Source: Coniocarpon cinnabarinum | Taxonomy: Eukaryota | Direction: 5' to 3' | Assembly: GCA_051942205.1 (NCBI GenBank) | Contig: JAVECO010000067.1 | Span: 1 to 64,000, forward strand | DNA: 64,000 bases | Shown here: one piece after another, positions 58,271 through 64,000 of the stretch | Layout of the letters: every line of letters starts with the position of its first letter | Numbering within the stretch: the stretch's first letter is position 1 | Position numbers and translations under genes: made by a program | Notes under the pieces: model-generated | Databases searched by the model: none | What the model was told of the DNA's origin: nothing | The model's input: only the letters and a program-made list of their open reading frames with translations

Positions 58271-61006
58271 ATGGCCGACTCAAACAAAGGCACCGCCGCC
58301 GCTGGGCAACAGAATGCCGACAAGACCGACTCAGATCCACTGCACCGTCCGTCGCCGTCCGTTGACTCACAACCAACGGCTCCATCCTCTGACACTCCAT
58401 CATCGCGCACACCCAATCCTATGCCAAGCACGACTGTGAGAGCAACGTTTCAAGATTCGCGCAACTCATCTCCCTCGCGTAAGACAAACTCCAATGCTCC
58501 ACCGAATACACTGCAGTCGGCGCGAGCTCGCAGTGCAGCGCTGAGTCCTACGAGAACATCCCCCGCTTCACCTGGTGCTGCCACACCATCCGCTGCGGCC
58601 GTGCAACGAGCGCTCTCAGCGACGAACTCGGAGCGTATGAAGCTTTCACCTAGCCTCGATGAACAAGCTCGGTCCTCGCGAACTCACACGGACGTCTCAA
58701 AAGCTGTCTCTCCAAAGCTCAGCCCTATTGGCACAAAGGCTTTCCCGCCACCATCATCGACATTGTCTTCACGGCAAGATTCTTTCAACAATGCCCCGCA
58801 GCAAGACTCGAGTGTCAGGTCACCCTCGTTGGCACCTGATTCGAGGCCGCAAGATGTACCGGAAAAGACGTTGTCTCCAACCCAAGCGCAGTCACGGCCA
58901 CCGAGGGGCCCAAGTGGACTTGGGTCTTCAAGGCTTGAAACGGTGAAAGAATCCTCTGTTTCGCCGCAAGACAGGAACAAGCTGCCTGAGAATCTCCCAC
59001 AAAACATCGCCAACCAATCCGGCACGTCCGAAGGCGCGATCTCTTCGCAGGAGTCGACAATTCGATCCGCAAAGTCGGACCAAGCAGCGCAGAAATTTCA
59101 ACCACCTGAAAAGACTACGACTCCGCAGCCTCAACCTCCATCGAGAAAACCTTCAACGTCTTCGCTCAAACCTCACAAGACACGCGCAAACGCAGAGGGC
59201 GCGGCTCGCATGATAGTGGAAACCGAGACTGTGCCGTCTATTCCCCAGAATACCACGAACACATCTTCAGATCGCACAGGCTCGAACCGTGTCGGCACGG
59301 GTGGAAGTCTGCGCAGCCGACCCAGCAGCGACACGATTCGTCCCAGAAAGGAAAAGAAAAAAACACGAAGACCACCACCTATTGTTTCCGGGCCTGGTTC
59401 CTCTAAAGCCGAACTGTTCGAGCAGAGAGTCGCGAGCGAGATCGAGGGAGAGTCCACCGATTCTGACGAAACCTTCGTGTACGAGTCTAACCCAGCAGAA
59501 GCCCCGTCAAGACTGCGTCATCATTCGCGCACGCCCTCTACAGCCTCTTTGTCAAATCCTCAGGATCGACCGCGCGCGTTAGGCAGAGTTCTTACCGGCG
59601 GTGAATCGGCGTATGATCGACCAGTGCGGCCGAAGCGTTCAATGAAATTCGCGAGTAGTTCCTATGCAGGGAGCAGTTTCGACGATGAATCTACCGACGC
59701 CAACCAAGGGACTGTTCGCACCCATCATGTGCGGTCAACGCCTCGTCCTGATGTGCACCATAAACATGTTGGTCGCGTTCACAGAGGTACTGGACATGGT
59801 TCCGATTCGCCCTTAGACTCGGACTCACCATTTTCGCAAGCTCAACGAATGCGGACAGGCACTGGATTAGGCTGGCGTTCTCCTCGTGGTGAACGTGGCG
59901 ATGGCTCTGACAGCACAGCCCGAAATCGCACACCTACCAAGAGCAATTTCGATAGCATGGGATTTGACACTAACGCTAGCGGGACATCCGACGACGAGCG
60001 AATGCCTCTCTTACGCACTCTGCGGAACCCGCGCACGCGCGGTCCCCACCGCTTGAGGCAAAGCAACATCTACGATAATAATGAGCGCCCACAAGGCCGT
60101 CTCGGTCGCATGGGAACACTCATCTCGGCAGCCGCCTTCTGCCTGTTGATTTTTGGTGTGGCCGGTGCCGGCCTATTCGCTACGAGCAAGCCGCTCTACA
60201 ACGTATCAGTTATGGAGATCCAGAACGTTCTCGCCTCAGAGCAAGAGATCATGCTCGATCTGCTTGTGGAAGCTGTTAACCCAAATGTTGCAACCATTGC
60301 CGTGAATGACATGGATGTGAACGTCTTTGCAAAGTCGCGCTATGTAGGAGACCCCGACCCAGACGATGGCGGCGAGAACAAGACCAGCGTTTTGCTCAGA
60401 TCTCTTTCTAGGCAAGACCGATCTTTGCATTCTGTTGTTCACTCATCCAGATCCTCGGACAAGGCAACTACCAGGGGCGATGGCGTGGATGACGGCACCG
60501 ATCCGATCCCGTGTCCGCCCGATGAGCCTTCTTGTCCACTCCCAGATAAAGACCATGACCGTCAGACGATGCTACTAGGCCGTATCTTTCATTTTGACTC
60601 TGCTCTCTCCTTCGAGCCGTCTCCTCTCCGCCGCGCGCCTGCCAATAGCTCTGGCGAACTGCGCCTTGCTCACCCAGGAAACAGGACGGAGAGTGGTGGA
60701 AGCGCAAGATGGGAAAGAGTGACAAAGCATCCGTTTGAGCTTATTATCAGGGGGATTCTCAAGTACCAGCTTCCACTCAGCACTCGCGTTCAAACGAGAA
60801 GTGTGGGAGCTAGCGTCGCCGTCTTTCCCGAAGAAGATGTCGGGGGCGGCTCTATGCGGACTGTAATGTTGAGCCGGCTCGAGAGCGCGGAAAAAGGGGG
60901 CAAAGTTGTCAAGTTTGGGGAATGGAAGGACGCAGATGAACAAGTCAGTATTCCAGAGGGCGATGGAGAGGTCAGCATCCCTGAGAAGGGCATGGGGTGG
61001 GCGTGA
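58271..61006 (+). CDS. VAC7: Vacuolar segregation protein Vac7 (Fab1 complex activator)
   Basis: SSKAELFEQRVAS...DSDETFVYESNP; single TM segment; IQNVLASEQEIMLDL; MLLGRIFHFDS; HPFELIIRGILKYQLP. Confidence 0.93.
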   Translation: MADSNKGTAAAGQQNADKTDSDPLHRPSPSVDSQPTAPSSDTPSSRTPNPMPSTTVRATFQDSRNSSPSRKTNSNAPPNTLQSARARSAALSPTRTSPASPGAATPSAAAVQRALSATNSERMKLSPSLDEQARSSRTHTDVSKAVSPKLSPIGTKAFPPPSSTLSSRQDSFNNAPQQDSSVRSPSLAPDSRPQDVPEKTLSPTQAQSRPPRGPSGLGSSRLETVKESSVSPQDRNKLPENLPQNIANQSGTSEGAISSQESTIRSAKSDQAAQKFQPPEKTTTPQPQPPSRKPSTSSLKPHKTRANAEGAARMIVETETVPSIPQNTTNTSSDRTGSNRVGTGGSLRSRPSSDTIRPRKEKKKTRRPPPIVSGPGSSKAELFEQRVASEIEGESTDSDETFVYESNPAEAPSRLRHHSRTPSTASLSNPQDRPRALGRVLTGGESAYDRPVRPKRSMKFASSSYAGSSFDDESTDANQGTVRTHHVRSTPRPDVHHKHVGRVHRGTGHGSDSPLDSDSPFSQAQRMRTGTGLGWRSPRGERGDGSDSTARNRTPTKSNFDSMGFDTNASGTSDDERMPLLRTLRNPRTRGPHRLRQSNIYDNNERPQGRLGRMGTLISAAAFCLLIFGVAGAGLFATSKPLYNVSVMEIQNVLASEQEIMLDLLVEAVNPNVATIAVNDMDVNVFAKSRYVGDPDPDDGGENKTSVLLRSLSRQDRSLHSVVHSSRSSDKATTRGDGVDDGTDPIPCPPDEPSCPLPDKDHDRQTMLLGRIFHFDSALSFEPSPLRRAPANSSGELRLAHPGNRTESGGSARWERVTKHPFELIIRGILKYQLPLSTRVQTRSVGASVAVFPEEDVGGGSMRTVMLSRLESAEKGGKVVKFGEWKDADEQVSIPEGDGEVSIPEKGMGWA

Positions 61007-61812
61007 CGCTTGGTGTCGTACGCAGGGCCGCACACAGCATTTACGATTGAAACGCAGCGAGAACATGATTCTGTTCCAATTTCAACATGTCGCTCGTCAT
61101 TGAGTCGACTGTACTATTTATGAACTGCTAAACTCAGTCCAAGGAACCAGCAGGGCGAAGGTCTGTCTGGCCAAGGACGAGACCGAAGCACCAGGGGATC
61201 TTGGTAAACACCCGGATCTGGACTGAATGGGGTCTGTAACCATATTATGCCATAGACTACTGAAAGACGTCCCAAGGTAGCTTGAGCAGGCCTGGTCTCT
61301 GTGGGTTTCCGAATCCATTGAGCCGCCATGGCAAGTGGTTCAACCCCAATGACAAATTGTCGTCTCCGCTACATGCGCACTTGGGCACACTTAAATGACA
61401 TGTGAATTTTCTGAATTTCCTTCGCCTTCAAGATCTTCCGTGCATGCTTGTTTCCACATCTAGCCTAGCTTCAACTATGTTTCGGACGGAGACACATGAT
61501 ATTCTCTGCGAAGCCGACGTACGATACGCTCGGTCGTGATACGGCTTGAGTGAATACTTCCAGAACTTGCCTGGGATGAGTTTCGAGAAGAGTATGCTGG
61601 GTTCAGAGGCTGTGCCCCGAAAACAAAAGCTATTTCGTTGAAATTAAGGCTTCACTAAGCACTTTCACTCTGAAGGCAATGCTACGTGCATCGCTCCACT
61701 GACAAGAAATCTCTGCTACTGACCGTCTGAATGAAGGAGAAGCGTCAGTAGAAACCAGTTCGAAGTCATCAGGAAAAAAGATCACCCTGGAGCTTCAAGT
61801 TAGGAGAAATAG

Positions 61813-62547
61813 GTGCAGATTGCGGCGCAGCACAACATTGTGTACATCCCCAAAGTGTGTGACTTCTTCGTGCGGGAGGCCGGATATCCGGTGACGGAAT
61901 TTATAGATGGCACTGCCGGTCAGGTCAGTAATAAGCAATTTAACATAGTGAAACTTGTCGTGCACCATTTGCATTCCATCAAACCCGAAGAAGTCGGTCT
62001 TGTCGGGCCCCTTGGTGGCGGTGAGCCCAAAGGCGTCCGCTGGAAGAGAACGCATGGGTTTTCATTCGCTTCGGAGGAGGCTGTAGATGGTTACTTCAAA
62101 GCATGGGTAAGTGGAATCAGCCTGAAACCTTCCATTAATCCGGCTTGAATTGGCCGAAAGACTCTCCCCGCCGCATGGAAACCGTCCAAGCACCGACTGC
62201 GGTCCCAGTCCCGCCCTGATCCAGATACAGATCTGGTCCTTGTCCACCTTGATCTAGCGCCACGAAACTTCATATGGATGAAATATGGCTCGCTTTGTCT
62301 ACTAGGTCGGGAAAGTGCTGGCGTCTACCCACGGTTCTTTGAACAGAAAGACTTGGCCCTCACGGGCTTTACTGACCTTCATTTCAAACATGTTATCACA
62401 TATTTCCTAGAATTAAGTCATGACGATCAGGAAGAGAGCAAGATTGTTGGCGCTACATGTGACACCAGCTTGAGATGCAAAAAGTATGATCTGCCTAGCT
62501 TGAATCTTGAAGAAGTTACCGAGGTGAAGGTCAAGCCTTTGCCCTGA
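61813..62547 (+). pseudogene. Aminoglycoside-phosphotransferase/choline-kinase-like pseudogene
   Basis: IPKV, EFIDG and HLDLAPRN are retained, but the usual DWE is GRE. In-frame TAG stops lie immediately upstream (61801, 61810). Confidence 0.65.
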
Positions 62548-63464
62548 GTGAGCTAAAGCGCCGCCAGTGGCTATTTCTCACGACCTCGACGATTAAAGAC
62601 GCAAGAGCTGATCGGCTCGTATTAATCTCTGCGCGCTATTTTGACTGGCCTCTTAATGTGATTGTTTTCGAAGCTCCGAGACGTCAACTAGTATGACACA
62701 ATTTGCACGTTGGTATCCAAGTGAGCCTGCTTCGAGGCTCGAGATATGACTGCGAGAAGAATTTTCACAGGACAAATCCGTATCAGTTCCTTTGTCATCA
62801 AACATTATTGGAGGCGCGATACATGCGGAAGTGAATCAATTCATCATCATGATATATTTTCACGAGCCTTTTGCCCCAAGCAATGGGACACTGGCAGCAA
62901 ACTTGCTCGCAACCCACCACTGCATATGTTGCTTATACCTCAAATTTTCAATACTCTGCATCTTACCGCAATTATCAATGAAAGATGTGCCTCGCTAGCT
63001 CGCTCTGCGAGCATCTTTGCACCTTCACTTCTTCTATGCTTTAACAGGGGCAACCAATGTCATAGCAGAGCTTTGAAAGTCTTGGTCGACCACTTACGCG
63101 CAATCCAGTCGCACTCACACTGAGTCAGCGCCTTTGCTGCTTTGATACATCACATCATTCTGTCACGTCGGGGCTTGCTGACAGCCAGTTTAAGGTCTTA
63201 GTCTTCCTATTCTTACGCTCGAACGCGTAATCAAACTCTGTGTCTTCCTATATGAGCCCCTTGTAGTTGTTACTTTGCTGCCCAGAAGAGTGCTTGTGTG
63301 GCATGTGGCTACTACAATTTCATGCCTGAGTCTTAAGGTTTCAGCTCTTTTATTTCATTTCGGATTTGAGACCTGGGTACAGCTTTCGCACATCAAGGTC
63401 AATGCGTCAAGCCTATCGAAGAGAGTAGGGACACGTAAAATCCTAAAAGTCCTTGATATCTGCT

Positions 63465-64000
63465 TCATATTCGCTCCAGCCGGCGGCTCCAGTCCTTATT
63501 ATACAACCCGTACTCCGTGGTACCTCTTAGCCCACCCACTTCGCACTCCTGAGCCGTCTGAGAAATCAACCCGTGGGGTGCGTCACGCAGACGCGGAAAC
63601 ACTCCAAGGCAATTGTTACGACCAATGTCGATGGTGTCCTTGATGCTAAGTGGAGCGTATTCGTCAAACCACAGGCATCCATTGGGAATACTTTCAAACG
63701 GATAGTCAACCGAGAACATGATGGAATGCGGTCCGATCTCCGTCATCGCGCACACCAATGCTGCCGAAGAGAAGTGGCCACTAGTGGTGATGAACACCTG
63801 GCTGCCGAAATAGTCCCTGATTAGTCGGTCTTTCCGCATCGGCATGTTTGGGAAACGGGCCCGGTTGAGCTTATGGTCAATGCGATATAGATCGTATGGA
63901 CTTTGGTCTGTCAGCATATCACACTTCGATGTAACTTCATTCGAGACAAACATGTGCTCGCCCATATGACCGACTACCAGCTTAAGGTTCGCGAAGCGGT
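63465..64000 (-). CDS. Amidohydrolase-2 family aromatic-acid decarboxylase (2,3-dihydroxybenzoate/gamma-resorcylate decarboxylase-like), 3' part; intron 63951-63901
   Basis: LKLVVGHMGEHI|PYDL, ITTSGHFS, IMFSVDYPFE, IGRNN. Confidence 0.9.
   Translation of the reverse strand, partial: RFANLKLVVGHMGEHMFVSNEVTSKCDMLTDQSPYDLYRIDHKLNRARFPNMPMRKDRLIRDYFGSQVFITTSGHFSSAALVCAMTEIGPHSIMFSVDYPFESIPNGCLWFDEYAPLSIKDTIDIGRNNCLGVFPRLRDAPHGLISQTAQECEVGGLRGTTEYGLYNKDWSRRLERI

Noticed and set aside
60938..60988. Short tandem duplication VSIPE...VSIPE at the VAC7 C-terminus
   Set aside because: Two short copies in an unconserved tail; no functional evidence.
1..64000. Transposons, RIP-mutated AT-rich blocks, CRISPR arrays, TPP riboswitch, stwintrons
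   Set aside because: No transposase/RT motifs, terminal repeats, TpA-rich blocks, repeat-spacer arrays, TPP consensus or nested splice donors were seen by eye.

Overview
Eukaryotic DNA from a filamentous ascomycete (Pezizomycotina-like): spliceosomal GT-AG introns with CTRAC-type branch points, and no bacterial features. A core of conserved housekeeping genes (BCS1, NAPE-PLD/FMP30-like, TFIIIC subunit TFC6/Sfc6, HPP protein, RMT2, HST2 sirtuin, TMA7, PRP4 kinase, AIM21-like, Wee1, VAC7) is interrupted by accessory patches. (i) At 1.2-13.1 kb: two small secreted proteins, a PAQR receptor paralog with a His-rich loop insert, and gene relics. (ii) At 39.5-44.7 kb: a NACHT NLR-like gene and a small Gly/Ser-rich ORF. 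(iii) At 50.7-55.9 kb: a CYP7-like P450 with an N-terminal frameshift plus a TRI3-like acyltransferase, with no backbone enzyme in the window. (iv) At 61.5-64 kb: a dead phosphotransferase and an aromatic-acid decarboxylase. I reconstructed exon structures by hand. That revealed genes the ORF track does not show as whole genes (TMA7, a 149-aa orphan), a 5-nt microexon, a fold-back intron and in-frame stop-free introns. No tRNA, rRNA, CRISPR array or intact transposon was recognised. All family calls come from remembered motifs, not database searches.
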